Assembly: GCA_937888955.1 (NCBI GenBank)
Contig: CALAQW010000177.1
Coordinates: 1-58,095 of the forward strand
Origin: an uncultured Alphaproteobacteria bacterium
GTDB taxonomy: Bacteria > Pseudomonadota > Alphaproteobacteria > UBA11222
Direction of reading: 5' to 3'
DNA: 58,095 nt
Position 1 is the stretch's first letter; each line of letters opens with the position of its first letter. The notes under the pieces were generated by a model. The model was not told where the DNA came from. It saw only the letters and a list, made by a program, of their open reading frames with translations, and did not search any database. The position numbers and the translations under genes are program-made. Below are positions 18,174 to 28,368 of this stretch, in pieces.

Positions 18174-19883
18174 ATGGCCAATAAAATCAGCCGCGATGCC
18201 TATGCCGCCATGTATGGCCCGACAGTGGGCGACAAGGTGCGGCTTGCCGATACCGAGCTGTTTATCGAGGTGGAGGAAGACCGCACCATCTATGGCGAGG
18301 AGGTCAAGTTCGGCGGCGGCAAGGTGATCCGCGATGGCATGGGTCAGTCCCAGGCAAGCCGCGCGGACGGTGCGGTCGATACCGTCATCACCAATGCGCT
18401 GATCGTTGATCACTGGGGGATCATCAAGGCGGATGTCGGCATTCGCGACGGTCGCATTGTCGGCATCGGCAAGGCCGGCAATCCCGATGTGCAGCCCGGC
18501 ATCGATATCGTCATCGGCCCGACGACCGAGGCGATCGCCGGCGAGGGGCGTATTCTGACCGCAGGCGGGATCGATGTGCATATCCATTTCATCTGCCCGC
18601 AGCAGATCGATGACGCACTGTACAGCGGTGTGACGACCATGATGGGCGGCGGCACCGGCCCGGCGGAAGGGACCAATGCGACGACCTGCACACCGGGCGC
18701 ATTCCATATCGGCCGGATGCTGCAGGCCGCCGATGCGCTGCCGATGAATCTGGGTTTTTTCGGCAAGGGCAATGCGACATCGCCCGTTCCCCTGCATGAA
18801 CAGATTGCCGCCGGTGCGTGCGGTCTCAAGCTGCATGAGGATTGGGGCACGACACCTGCGGCCATCGATAATTGTCTGACGGTTGCCGAAGAAACCGACA
18901 CCGCCGTCACGATCCACACCGATACGCTGAACGAATCCGGTTTCGTGGAAAATACCATCGCCGCCTTCAAGGGGCGCAATATTCACGCCTTCCATACCGA
19001 AGGAGCAGGCGGCGGCCATGCCCCCGACATCATCAAGGTATGTGGCGAAGCGAATGTGCTGCCCTCCTCCACCAATCCGACCCGTCCGTTCACTGTCAAT
19101 ACGATTGATGAACATCTCGACATGCTGATGGTATGCCATCACCTCGACCCGAATATTCCCGAGGATGTGGCCTTTGCCGAAAGCCGTATCCGGCGCGAAA
19201 CGATCGCGGCCGAAGATGTGCTGCATGATCTCGGTGCGTTCAGCATCATTGCCTCTGACAGTCAGGCGATGGGCCGGGTGGGCGAGGTGATCATCCGCAC
19301 CTGGCAGACCGCGGACAAGATGCGCCGGCAGCGCGGCCGCCTGGCCGAGGAAACCGGCGATAATGATAATTTCCGTGTACGGAGATATATTGCGAAATAT
19401 ACGATCAACCCCGCGCTTGTGCACGGGATTGCCGAATATGTCGGATCGGTCGAGGTTGGGAAATATGCCGATCTGGTTTTGTGGAAGCCTGCTTTCTTCG
19501 GGGTGAAGCCCGATCTTGTGCTCAAGGCGGGCACGATCGCCGCGGCAGTGATGGGGGATCCCAATGCCTCGATCCCGACGCCGCAGCCTGTGCATTACCG
19601 GCCGATGTTCGGCACGTTTGGCGGCGCGCTGCCCGCGAGCCGGATGAGCTTTGTGTCCGAGGCGGCGATTGCAGCCGGGGTTGCGGACCGGCTTGGGCTG
19701 AGCAGTCTTGTCTTGCCGGTGCGCGATATCCGGCGCATCTCCAAGGCGGAGATGATCCTGAACAATGCGACCCCGAAAATGGAGGTCGATCCCGAAACCT
19801 ATGAAGTGCGCGCCGATGGCGAGGTGCTGACCTGCGAACCGGCGGAAGAATTGCCGCTTGCGCAGCGTTACTTCCTGTTTTGA
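18174..19883 (+). CDS. ureC: Urease alpha subunit
   Basis: [34 protein letters not shown] and C-terminal LAQRYFLF. Confidence 0.99.
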   Translation: MANKISRDAYAAMYGPTVGDKVRLADTELFIEVEEDRTIYGEEVKFGGGKVIRDGMGQSQASRADGAVDTVITNALIVDHWGIIKADVGIRDGRIVGIGKAGNPDVQPGIDIVIGPTTEAIAGEGRILTAGGIDVHIHFICPQQIDDALYSGVTTMMGGGTGPAEGTNATTCTPGAFHIGRMLQAADALPMNLGFFGKGNATSPVPLHEQIAAGACGLKLHEDWGTTPAAIDNCLTVAEETDTAVTIHTDTLNESGFVENTIAAFKGRNIHAFHTEGAGGGHAPDIIKVCGEANVLPSSTNPTRPFTVNTIDEHLDMLMVCHHLDPNIPEDVAFAESRIRRETIAAEDVLHDLGAFSIIASDSQAMGRVGEVIIRTWQTADKMRRQRGRLAEETGDNDNFRVRRYIAKYTINPALVHGIAEYVGSVEVGKYADLVLWKPAFFGVKPDLVLKAGTIAAAVMGDPNASIPTPQPVHYRPMFGTFGGALPASRMSFVSEAAIAAGVADRLGLSSLVLPVRDIRRISKAEMILNNATPKMEVDPETYEVRADGEVLTCEPAEELPLAQRYFLF

Positions 19884-19897
19884 GCCCGGGGCAAACA

Positions 19898-20449
19898 ATG
19901 ACGGTTGCGCGCGCCACGCAATGTTTCCGTGCCGGGGAATGGCCCGCATCGGCGGCGCGTGGCACCGTGACGCTTGCTTTTGCCGACCGGCACAGGCGGC
20001 GTGTGCGGCTCACGCTTGATGGCGCGGGCGGGGAGATCATGCTCGATCTGCCGCGCGCGACCCGGCTTCTGGACGGGGACGGGCTACAATTATCGGACGG
20101 CGGATGGGTGCTGGTCCGCGCGGCCTGTGAGGATGTGCTTGATATCCGTGCGGCGGACGGGGTGGGCGCGATGCGGATCGCCTGGCATCTGGGCAATCGG
20201 CATCTGCCTGTCCAGATCCTGCCCGATGGCGGCTTGCGTATTCTTTACGACCATGTGATCGCGGCGATGGTCGGCGATCTGGGCGGGGTGACGACACGGC
20301 GGCGCGATATCTTTGCCGCGGAAGGCGGCGCCTATGAGGGCGATGCCGGCGGCCATCACCACAGCCATAGCCATCACCATAGCCATGCACATCGTCATGA
20401 CGATGGGCAGGATCATCACCGTCAGACCGGGCGCGAGGCGGAACCATGA
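19898..20449 (+). CDS. ureE: Urease accessory Ni-chaperone UreE with His-rich tail
   Basis: AWHLGNRH, DHVI and EGGAY followed by HHHSHSHHHSHAHRH. Confidence 0.93.
   Translation: MTVARATQCFRAGEWPASAARGTVTLAFADRHRRRVRLTLDGAGGEIMLDLPRATRLLDGDGLQLSDGGWVLVRAACEDVLDIRAADGVGAMRIAWHLGNRHLPVQILPDGGLRILYDHVIAAMVGDLGGVTTRRRDIFAAEGGAYEGDAGGHHHSHSHHHSHAHRHDDGQDHHRQTGREAEP
20352..20387 (+). repeat. 18-bp tandem duplication encoding part of the UreE His tract
   Basis: GCCATCACCACAGCCATA followed by GCCATCACCATAGCCATG. Confidence 0.8.
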
Positions 20450-21144
20450 CCGCTGCATCCGATGCCGCATTTTACCGCTTGATGAGCTGGCTTTCACCGT
20501 CCTTTCCGGTCGGCGCCTTCACCTATTCGCACGGTATCGAATATGCGGTGGAGGCAGGCTTGCTACGCGATCGCGCAGCGCTGGTCGGCTGGCTGTGCGA
20601 TCTTCTGGAATTCGGTTCGGGCCGTAATGATGCAATCCTGTTCAAGCTGGCCTGGTCGGCGGCCGCGGATGACGAGGCGGCAGCACTTGATGAGGTGCTT
20701 GACTGGGCGGCGGCCTTGCGTCCGACATCTGAACTTGCGCTTGAGAGTGCTGCGCAGGGGGAAGCTTTCCTGCGCGCGGTGCGTGCCGCCTGGCCGCATC
20801 CCGCACTTGAGGCGCTTGCGGCCCGGATCGTGGAACGCGCGGTCAGCCCTGCTTATCCGGTGGTGGTTGCGGTGACCGCAGCCTGTCATGCGGTGCCGTT
20901 GAATGCCGCCCTGTCCGCGTTCCTGCACGGGTTTGTCGCCAATCTGATTTCGGCGGCGGTCAGGCTTGTGCCGCTTGGCCAGACTGACGGGCAGATCGCG
21001 CTGGCGGCACTTGCCCGGCCGGTTGCCGAAACCGCTTGTGTGGCCTCAAGCGCAACGCTTGCGGATCTTGGCGGCGCGGCGGCGATCGCGGAATTCTGTT
21101 CCGCAGCCCATGAAACGCAATATACGAGGTTGTTTCGCTCATGA
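20446..21144 (+). CDS. ureF: Urease accessory protein UreF
   Basis: [29 protein letters not shown] and C-terminal [11 protein letters not shown]. Confidence 0.96.
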   Translation: MTAASDAAFYRLMSWLSPSFPVGAFTYSHGIEYAVEAGLLRDRAALVGWLCDLLEFGSGRNDAILFKLAWSAAADDEAAALDEVLDWAAALRPTSELALESAAQGEAFLRAVRAAWPHPALEALAARIVERAVSPAYPVVVAVTAACHAVPLNAALSAFLHGFVANLISAAVRLVPLGQTDGQIALAALARPVAETACVASSATLADLGGAAAIAEFCSAAHETQYTRLFRS

Positions 21145-21797
21145 CTGAAACGGTGAACGGGCCCTTGCGGGTCGGCATTGGCGGGCCTGTCGGCTCGGGC
21201 AAGACGGCGCTGATGGATGCGCTGTGCAAGGCGATGCGCGCGGATTATGCGCTCGCCGCGATCACCAATGATATTTATACCCGCGAAGATGCGGAGTTTC
21301 TGACCCGGTCGGGCGCCTTGCCGCCTGAGCGTATCCTGGGGGTCGAGACGGGCGGCTGTCCGCATACCGCGATCAGGGAGGATGCGTCGATCAATCTGGC
21401 GGCGGTCGATCAGCTTTCTGCGCGCTTTCCCGGCCTCGATCTCATCCTGATTGAAAGCGGCGGCGATAATCTGGCGGCGACCTTCTCTCCCGAACTGGCC
21501 GATATCACGATTTATGTGATCGATGTGTCGGCGGGCGACAAGATCCCGCGCAAGGGGGGCCCGGGCATTACCCGCTCGGATCTGCTGGTCATCAACAAGA
21601 TCGATCTGGCGCCGCTTGTCGGCGCGGATCTTGGCGTGATGGATCGCGATGCGCGCAAGATGCGTGGCGACCGGCCGTTTCTGTTCGCTAATATGCGCGC
21701 CGGAGAAGGGCTTGCCGATATTGTGGCGTTTATCACCCGCGCCGGGGGTCTGGAAAAATCCGCGCGCCCACTGGACGCCCCCGCGCGAACCGATTAG
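21141..21797 (+). CDS. ureG: Urease accessory GTPase UreG
   Basis: [23 protein letters not shown] and NKID motifs. Confidence 0.98.
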   Translation: MTETVNGPLRVGIGGPVGSGKTALMDALCKAMRADYALAAITNDIYTREDAEFLTRSGALPPERILGVETGGCPHTAIREDASINLAAVDQLSARFPGLDLILIESGGDNLAATFSPELADITIYVIDVSAGDKIPRKGGPGITRSDLLVINKIDLAPLVGADLGVMDRDARKMRGDRPFLFANMRAGEGLADIVAFITRAGGLEKSARPLDAPARTD

Positions 21798-21831
21798 TAG
21801 CTACGATGAGAGTTGAAAGAGGGAGCAGAAA

Positions 21832-22053
21832 ATGAAATCGCGTTTGACGCAACTTGCCGCCGCCTTGCCGGTGCTGTTCGGGGTGACGGCCGCCCATGCC
21901 CATCCCGGCGGCCATGGGGAGATTGCCGAATTCACCGCCGCGATCGGGCATTTCTTCAGCAGCCCGTTTCATCTGGGCGCGGGCATCGCCGCCCTCGCGG
22001 TTGCTGCCGTGATCGCCTACGGGTTGCGTAAATCAAGGACCACGCGCAGCTGA
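21832..22053 (+). CDS. Small membrane protein resembling the HupE/UreJ N-terminus
   Basis: RBS AGAGGGAG; signal peptide ending AAHA-HPGGHG, then F..AIGHFFSSPFHL, one TM helix and a basic tail; directly follows ureG. Confidence 0.65.
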   Translation: MKSRLTQLAAALPVLFGVTAAHAHPGGHGEIAEFTAAIGHFFSSPFHLGAGIAALAVAAVIAYGLRKSRTTRS

Positions 22054-24704
22054 TCGGATTCGCCTTCGACCGGCTCGGTCATAAAACCGAGCTCGGCCGC
22101 AAGCGACAGCATGGCGTGATTTTCCTTCAGCACATGCCCGAACAGGGTTTTGATACCGCGCGCGCGGGCGTGATCGATGATGTGCTGCATCAGGGCGAAG
22201 CCAAGCCCTGTGCCCTTTAGCGGGCTGCGCACGAGAACCGCATATTCCGCCCGCTCGTTATCGGGGTCGGCGGTCAGCCGGACGACCCCGGCAATACCCG
22301 CATCGTCAAGCGCGATGAACGCCATCTCCCGGTCGTAATCGATCTGGGTCAGCCGCGCCGCCAGCCGGTGGCTCATCCGCCGCATCGAGGACATGAAACG
22401 CAGCCGCGCATCTTCGGGGTCAAGCTGTTCGACCATGGCGATCAGGTCGGGTTCATCCTCGGGCCGGATCGGGCGCAGGCTGTAATCGGCGCCGTTTCTG
22501 GCGCTGATCTGTCCGCTCAGCCCTGCCGGATAGGGGGAGATGGCGAGCCGGTCGTCACGGGTTTCCGCCGCCCCGTGGATGCGGATACGCGCATCGAGCG
22601 CCATCACACCCTTGTCGGAGGCGATCAGCGGATTGATATCGAGTTCGGCGATCGCGGGCATATCCGCCACAAGCTGCGAGATAGCGATCAGGACACCGAT
22701 CACACCGTCGATATCGGCGGCGGGAACGTCGCGATAACCGCGCAGTTTGCGCATGACCTTTGTCCGTCCGATCAGGTCGCGCGCCAGCACATCATTGAGC
22801 GGCGGCAGGCCGATTGCCTTGTCGGCGACGATTTCGACCGCCGTGCCCCCTTCCCCGAACAGGATGACCGGGCCGAAGGTCGCATCATCGCTCATCCCCA
22901 CAATAAGCTCGCTCGCTCCCTTCTGGCTGATCATCGGCTGCACCGCGAATCCTTCGAGCGCTGCATCGGGATGCGATTTGCGCAGCCGGGTCAGCATCGC
23001 CTCCGCACTGGCGCGCACCGCGTCCGCCCCCTCAAGGTTCAGCATGACGCCGCCCGCATCCGATTTATGGGTAATATCGCGTGAGACGATCTTGAGCGCG
23101 ACCGGCGCATCGAATGCCGCGGCGATGGCGCCCGCATTTTCCGGGTCCGGCGCCGTGCGGGTTTCCACGATCGGGATGGCGTAGGCGGCGAGCGCCTGTT
23201 TCGCTTCCGCCTCGTTCAGCCATTCGCGCCCTTCCGTCCGCGCCCGGTCGATCAGCGCCGCAACCGCTTCCCGGTCGCCATTGCCGCCATCGCTGCCGGT
23301 TGACGGGGTCTGCATCAGCAGATCCTGATTGCGCTGGTAACGCACCATGTGGCTGAAGGCGTTGATCGCCTGGCCAGGCGTTTCGTATGTGGGAATCCCG
23401 TGCGCCCGGAACAGCTTGCGCGACGGTTCCGCCCGTGCGCCGCCAAGCCAGCTTGTCAGCACCGGTTTGTGGCTGTCGCGCAGATGGCCGGTGACGGCTT
23501 CCGCCGCCTCGACGCTATCGGCGATGGCGGTCGGGCAGTTCAGCACGACCAGGGCATCGACACCGCGATCGCGCAGCAGCGCCTCGGTCGCCGCGCCATA
23601 GCGTGCACCCGGCGCATCGCCGATTATGTCGACCGGATTGCCATGCGACCAGGTGCGCGGCAGGCAGTCATTGAGCGCGGTGAGCGTATCGTCGGACAGT
23701 TCGGCAAGCTGGCCGCTTTCATCCATCAGCCGGTCGGTCGCAAGCACCCCCATCCCGCCGCCATTGGTCAGGATCGCCAGCCTTTCGCCGACCGGCTGCA
23801 CTCTGGCGGCCAGGGTCTCGACCGCATCGAACAGTTCCTCAAGCTCGGTCACCCGCAGCATGCCGGCGCGCCGGAAGGCCGCGTCATAGACCGCGTCGCT
23901 CCCCGCCAGCGCCCCGGTATGGGAGGCGGCGGCCTTGGCGGCGGCGGCGTGACGCCCGGCCTTGATCACGATGACGGGCTTGAGCCGCGCGGCGGCGCGG
24001 GCGGCTGACATGAATTTCCGCGCATGGGTGATCGATTCGACATAGAGCAGGATGGCGCTTACCTGCCGGTCGGCGGCGAGATAATCGAGCATGTCACCGA
24101 AATCCACATCCGCCATGCCGCCAAGCGAGACCATATGCGAAAAGCCGATGCCGCGCCCCTCCGCCCAGTCGAGCACCGAGGTCAGCACCGCGCCCGACTG
24201 GGTGACGAAGGCAAGATGCCCCGGCTGTGCCCCGACATGGGCAAAGCTTGCATTGAGATGGCAGCCAGGCACCAGAAGCCCGACGCAATTGGGGCCCATC
24301 ACGCGCAGCAAATGGGGTTTTGCGGCATCAAGCAGCTGCTGTTGCAGTTTTTGACCCTCCGCCCCCATCTCGCCGAAGCCCGCGCTGATCACGATGGCGG
24401 CGCGGGTGCCGCGCGCACCCAGTTCGGCGATCAGGCCCGGCACCGTGTCGGGCGGCGTGCAGATCACCGCAAGATCGGGGGTGGTGGGCAGCGCCGCGAC
24501 GTCGCGATAGGCGGCGACCGAGGCGATTGCCTCCCCCTTCGGGTTCACCGGCATGATCGGCCCCGCGAAGGCGCCGTTGCCGCCACCGCGCTGGCCCAGC
24601 AGGTTCTGTGCGAGCACCTGACCGACCGAACCGGTCCGGTTGCTGGCCCCGATCAGTGCGACCGAGCGCGGTGCGAACAGATAGTCGAGATTGCGGACTG
24701 ACAT
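22017..24704 (-). CDS. pat: Protein lysine acetyltransferase Pat/PatZ (acetate-CoA ligase-like domain plus C-terminal GNAT)
   Basis: APRSVALIGAS, GPNCVG, SHTGALAG, THKSDAGGV, ELDINPL, then GNAT region LRPIRPED, LTQIDYDREMA, KGTGLG. Confidence 0.9.
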   Translation of the reverse strand: MSVRNLDYLFAPRSVALIGASNRTGSVGQVLAQNLLGQRGGGNGAFAGPIMPVNPKGEAIASVAAYRDVAALPTTPDLAVICTPPDTVPGLIAELGARGTRAAIVISAGFGEMGAEGQKLQQQLLDAAKPHLLRVMGPNCVGLLVPGCHLNASFAHVGAQPGHLAFVTQSGAVLTSVLDWAEGRGIGFSHMVSLGGMADVDFGDMLDYLAADRQVSAILLYVESITHARKFMSAARAAARLKPVIVIKAGRHAAAAKAAASHTGALAGSDAVYDAAFRRAGMLRVTELEELFDAVETLAARVQPVGERLAILTNGGGMGVLATDRLMDESGQLAELSDDTLTALNDCLPRTWSHGNPVDIIGDAPGARYGAATEALLRDRGVDALVVLNCPTAIADSVEAAEAVTGHLRDSHKPVLTSWLGGARAEPSRKLFRAHGIPTYETPGQAINAFSHMVRYQRNQDLLMQTPSTGSDGGNGDREAVAALIDRARTEGREWLNEAEAKQALAAYAIPIVETRTAPDPENAGAIAAAFDAPVALKIVSRDITHKSDAGGVMLNLEGADAVRASAEAMLTRLRKSHPDAALEGFAVQPMISQKGASELIVGMSDDATFGPVILFGEGGTAVEIVADKAIGLPPLNDVLARDLIGRTKVMRKLRGYRDVPAADIDGVIGVLIAISQLVADMPAIAELDINPLIASDKGVMALDARIRIHGAAETRDDRLAISPYPAGLSGQISARNGADYSLRPIRPEDEPDLIAMVEQLDPEDARLRFMSSMRRMSHRLAARLTQIDYDREMAFIALDDAGIAGVVRLTADPDNERAEYAVLVRSPLKGTGLGFALMQHIIDHARARGIKTLFGHVLKENHAMLSLAAELGFMTEPVEGESDQLRVVLDLRNP

Positions 24705-24769
24705 ACGCTACTGTCCTTTTGCTGCTTTTTTGTCGCTAATGATGACAATCTTACCTATATGCGGTTGTA

Positions 24770-26476
24770 ATGCGGAAAAATAACATGACACGGCAATATA
24801 ACCGGTTGATGACGTGGCAGGCGCGGCTTTTCGCCCTGCTTGCGCTGCCGCTTGTTTTGCTGGCGGTTGCCGCGCCCGCACAAGCAGGGGAAGACCTTGC
24901 CGCTGCCCGCCTCAGGGCGGAGCTTGCCAGCCCTGATCCGGGCGCGCTTGCATTGCCGGTCGAGTTGGCGCGTGCAATGCGGCAATTTTATGCGGATCGC
25001 GCCTATCAGCCGGTCTGGCTGAACAGTCCGCACTGGTCGGACAAGGCGACCCAGGCCTTGCAATATCTTGCCGCTGCGGATCGCGAGGGGCTCAGCGCCC
25101 GCGATTATATGCTCGCACCCGATATGACCGCGCCGCATGGCGACAAGCTTGGCGCGATTGCCGATATGCGATTGACCGCAGCGCTTATGCGCTATGTCGT
25201 GGATGTCAGTTCCGGGCGCGGCGCGCCTGAAAAGTTCGATCCCGACCTGTTTATCCATCCGCGCCGGCCCGATCCGGCAATGTTGCTTGCGACAGGGCTT
25301 GCCGCGCCTGATTTCAGGGGCTGGCTCGACAGTCTGCCGCCGGCGCATGCACCCTATCGCCGCAGTCGCGACGGGCTTGCGCGGTTGCGGCAGATGCCCG
25401 CTGACGGAGACTGGCCGCAATTGGCTGACGGTCCGGCGCTCAGGGCCGGGGATCGTGATCCCCGGATTGCGATTCTGCGCGCACAGCTCACGCAGTGGGG
25501 CGATCTGGCGGTGCCTGTCGCAACCGCCGAAGCGGTTGCCGCGCAAGCGTCGGCCGACCCGCAATTTTTCGATTCTGCACTGGCTGAGGCAGTGACCGGG
25601 TTCCAGCGCCGGCACGGGCTCGCGGCGGATGGTATCGTCGGCGCGCAGACCCGGCGCGCACTCAATGTACCGCCGTCCGAGCGGGCGCGGCAGCTGGCCC
25701 TGAACATGGAACGCTGGCGCTGGCTTGCGCCGCAGCTCGGGCCGCGGCATGTGCGGGTCAATATCGCCGATTTCAATCTGGTCGCCGTTTCACCCGATGG
25801 CGACACGCTTCACAGCCCGGTCATTGTCGGGCGCGATTACCGGCGCACCCCGGTGTTCAGCGACCGGATCGTCGGGTTGGTCCTGTCGCCGAGCTGGACC
25901 CCGCCGGTGACGATCCTGCGCAAGGATCTGCTGCCGAAACTGCGCGAGGATCCCGATTATCTGATTCGCAAGCGATTCCGCGTCTTCGAGGGATGGGGGG
26001 ATGCGGCGCGCGAGGTCGATCCGGCTTCCGTCGACTGGCGCAATGTCTCGACCCGCAATCTGCGCTACTGGCTGCGGCAGGCGCCGGGGCCCGATAATGC
26101 GCTGGGCGGGGTGCGTTTCACCCTGACCAATGATTTCGGCATCTATCTGCACGATACGCCCGACCGGGGTCTGTTCTCCCGCAACAAACGCGATTTCAGC
26201 TCTGGCTGCGTGCGGGTACAGGAAGCCGAACAGCTTGCCCTGTTCGCACTTCATGGTGATCCGCGCTGGCCGCTCGACAAGCTGCGCGCGGCGATGGTGA
26301 GCGGTGAAACCCGCACGGTAAAACTTTTGGAACCATTGCCGGTCCATATTCTCTATCTGACCGCCTGGATCGACAGCGCGGGCCGGTTCCAGTTCCGCGA
26401 CGATATTTACGGTCGCGATATGCTGCTCAACCAGGCATTGGCGTTGCCCGGCCCGGATTTGTCAGGCAATCTGTAA
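24770..26476 (+). CDS. ycbB: L,D-transpeptidase YcbB/LdtD family
   Basis: Signal peptide, PG-binding FQRRHGL..DG.VG..T, NMERWRW, IYLHDTP...SSGCVRV catalytic motif and FRDDIYGRD. Start may be 24785 or 24809. Confidence 0.88.
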   Translation: MRKNNMTRQYNRLMTWQARLFALLALPLVLLAVAAPAQAGEDLAAARLRAELASPDPGALALPVELARAMRQFYADRAYQPVWLNSPHWSDKATQALQYLAAADREGLSARDYMLAPDMTAPHGDKLGAIADMRLTAALMRYVVDVSSGRGAPEKFDPDLFIHPRRPDPAMLLATGLAAPDFRGWLDSLPPAHAPYRRSRDGLARLRQMPADGDWPQLADGPALRAGDRDPRIAILRAQLTQWGDLAVPVATAEAVAAQASADPQFFDSALAEAVTGFQRRHGLAADGIVGAQTRRALNVPPSERARQLALNMERWRWLAPQLGPRHVRVNIADFNLVAVSPDGDTLHSPVIVGRDYRRTPVFSDRIVGLVLSPSWTPPVTILRKDLLPKLREDPDYLIRKRFRVFEGWGDAAREVDPASVDWRNVSTRNLRYWLRQAPGPDNALGGVRFTLTNDFGIYLHDTPDRGLFSRNKRDFSSGCVRVQEAEQLALFALHGDPRWPLDKLRAAMVSGETRTVKLLEPLPVHILYLTAWIDSAGRFQFRDDIYGRDMLLNQALALPGPDLSGNL

Positions 26477-26565
26477 CGCAGCCGGGCGACAGTTGCGATA
26501 TCTGTCGCCCTGAGGGTGATATTCTGTTTTTTGAGGCATGATGTCAGAAGAAGGATATTCGGTGC

Positions 26566-27174
26566 ATGCAGGATGACGGTATGGAAAAACAGTGGAATTC
26601 TGCCCCGGACGGGGACGGCATTTCAGTGTGTGTCAGCCGGCGCGGTTTTCTTGGTCTTGCCGGTGGCGCAGCGGCCGGGCTGGCAGTGCAGCCCGCGACA
26701 GCCTTCGCGGCGCCGAAAGTGTCAACTGGCAGTCGCAGCCTCAGTTTTCTGAATTTGCATACCGGGGAGAAAGTGGCCGCCGATTTCTGGTCAAAGGGGG
26801 CGTTGTTGCCCGACGGACTTGCCGAAATCAGCCATGTGCTGCGCGATCACCGTACCGATGAAGCCTGGCCGGTCGATCCCAAACTGCTTGATTTGCTGCA
26901 CCGGCTGCGCAGCCGGATGGAATCCACCGCGCCTTTCCATGTGATCTCGGGATACCGATCGCCGAAAACCAATGCCATGCTGCGGCAGAACAGCGGCGGC
27001 GTCGCCAAGCGCAGCTATCACATGCAAGGCCGCGCGATCGACATCAGGCTGCCGGGTATGCGGTTGCCCGATATGCGCCGCGCGGCCCTTGGTTTGCGCG
27101 GCGGCGGCGTCGGCTATTACCCGAAATCGGGATTTCTGCATATCGATACAGGCCCCGTCCGGCAATGGTCTTGA
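26566..27174 (+). CDS. ycbK: YcbK/DUF882 (MepK-like) peptidase M15 with Tat signal
   Basis: SRRGFL Tat motif, NLHTGE, ISGYRSPKTN, SYHMQGRAID and GVGYYP..GFLHIDTG; conserved ycbB-ycbK pairing. Confidence 0.9.
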   Translation: MQDDGMEKQWNSAPDGDGISVCVSRRGFLGLAGGAAAGLAVQPATAFAAPKVSTGSRSLSFLNLHTGEKVAADFWSKGALLPDGLAEISHVLRDHRTDEAWPVDPKLLDLLHRLRSRMESTAPFHVISGYRSPKTNAMLRQNSGGVAKRSYHMQGRAIDIRLPGMRLPDMRRAALGLRGGGVGYYPKSGFLHIDTGPVRQWS

Positions 27175-27302
27175 TGGGGTCCTGATGGGGCCTGAGAGTG
27201 GCCCCCGAGGGTGGGGCGGCGGTTCCTCGCCCCCCCTCCCCAAAAATTGCCCAGTTGCGCTGACCAGCTGCCGCTGAGGGCCGGGTACAAGCCACGCCCG
27301 GC

Positions 27303-28121
27303 TCAGGCGAGCAGATCTGCGGCGGTCAGATCGAATTCCTTCATCATATCATTGGCATAGGTGATCCGGCCCGACAGCTCCTGCGCCGGCGCATGCGACA
27401 GGCGCAGGCACGCCTCCGCCATATGTTCGACAGGGGTTGCCATATCCTTGTTTGATTCGTTGATCAGCTTGTGATGCACGACGCCCGGCGTCGCCACAAG
27501 CCCCGGTGCGATCACATTCACCGCGATATTGTCGCGATAAAGTTCTGATGCAAGCCCCGTTGTGAAGCGTTCGAGCGCCGCCTTGCACATGCCGTAAACC
27601 GTGCCTCCCGCCCCGATTGCTGCCTGGTCAAGTTTGGGGTGCAGCGCGGCATGTGAGGAGACATTGATAATCCAGCCCGCGCCTTTTTCGCGCATGCCGG
27701 GGATTACCATCTGCGACAGATGGAAGGGCGCGTAGACCTGCACCTCGATCATCAGTTTGAAGCGGTTTTCGGTGAATTTCGCGACCGGCATGAAATAGGT
27801 GATCGCCGCATTGTTGCACAGGATGTCGACCGGCCCGAAACATTCCTCGGTGGTCTTGATCAGCCGCTCACGGTCGTCCGGCTTGGCCAGATCGCATTGC
27901 ACCGCAAGCGCCTGCCCGCCCGCATCGTTGATCTTCCGGGTCACCGCATTGATGCTGCCGGGCAGCGCGTGATCGCCTTCTTCCACCGTGCGGGCCGAGA
28001 TAACGACCTTCGCCCCCTCCATCGCATAGCGGATCGCCACCGCCTCGCCGATACCGCGCGAGGCACCGGTCACCACCGCCACCTTGCCCGCCAGAATGCC
28101 TTCTTTGTTGATTGCTGCCAT
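27303..28121 (-). CDS. Short-chain dehydrogenase/reductase
   Basis: TGASRGIG, NNAA, NVSS and YGMCK (YxxxK); start placed at MAAINKEG. Confidence 0.9.
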   Translation of the reverse strand: MAAINKEGILAGKVAVVTGASRGIGEAVAIRYAMEGAKVVISARTVEEGDHALPGSINAVTRKINDAGGQALAVQCDLAKPDDRERLIKTTEECFGPVDILCNNAAITYFMPVAKFTENRFKLMIEVQVYAPFHLSQMVIPGMREKGAGWIINVSSHAALHPKLDQAAIGAGGTVYGMCKAALERFTTGLASELYRDNIAVNVIAPGLVATPGVVHHKLINESNKDMATPVEHMAEACLRLSHAPAQELSGRITYANDMMKEFDLTAADLLA

Positions 28122-28368
28122 TGCCGCTACTCCCCTGACTGTTCCGGTCCGCCGGATTTTATCTGCTCCGGCGCGCTTGTTTGCAAAAGCCCAGCACAGA
28201 CCGCGCCCCCGCGCAAGCGACAAGACGCCCGCGCGGGGGCGGTGCGGCTTCTCGCCATCTTTTGCCCAATTCCCGTGGCGATGGCGCGGCGGGGTTGCTA
28301 TAAGGCGGCCAACGGCCCGCCGCGGCAGGCGGGTGACGCGATTCCAACAGCGGGAGACAGAGGCAGGC

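Noticed and set aside
18006-19949. 647-aa minus-strand ORF opposite ureC
   Set aside because: Shadow ORF of the urease alpha subunit with no motifs of its own.
26484-26510. 9-bp inverted repeat between ycbB and ycbK
   Set aside because: Ordinary intercistronic hairpin with no further support.
27175-27300. G/C-run-rich intergenic region with several hairpins, a possible sRNA or REP
   Set aside because: Adequately explained as terminator hairpins between convergent genes; no second copy was seen.
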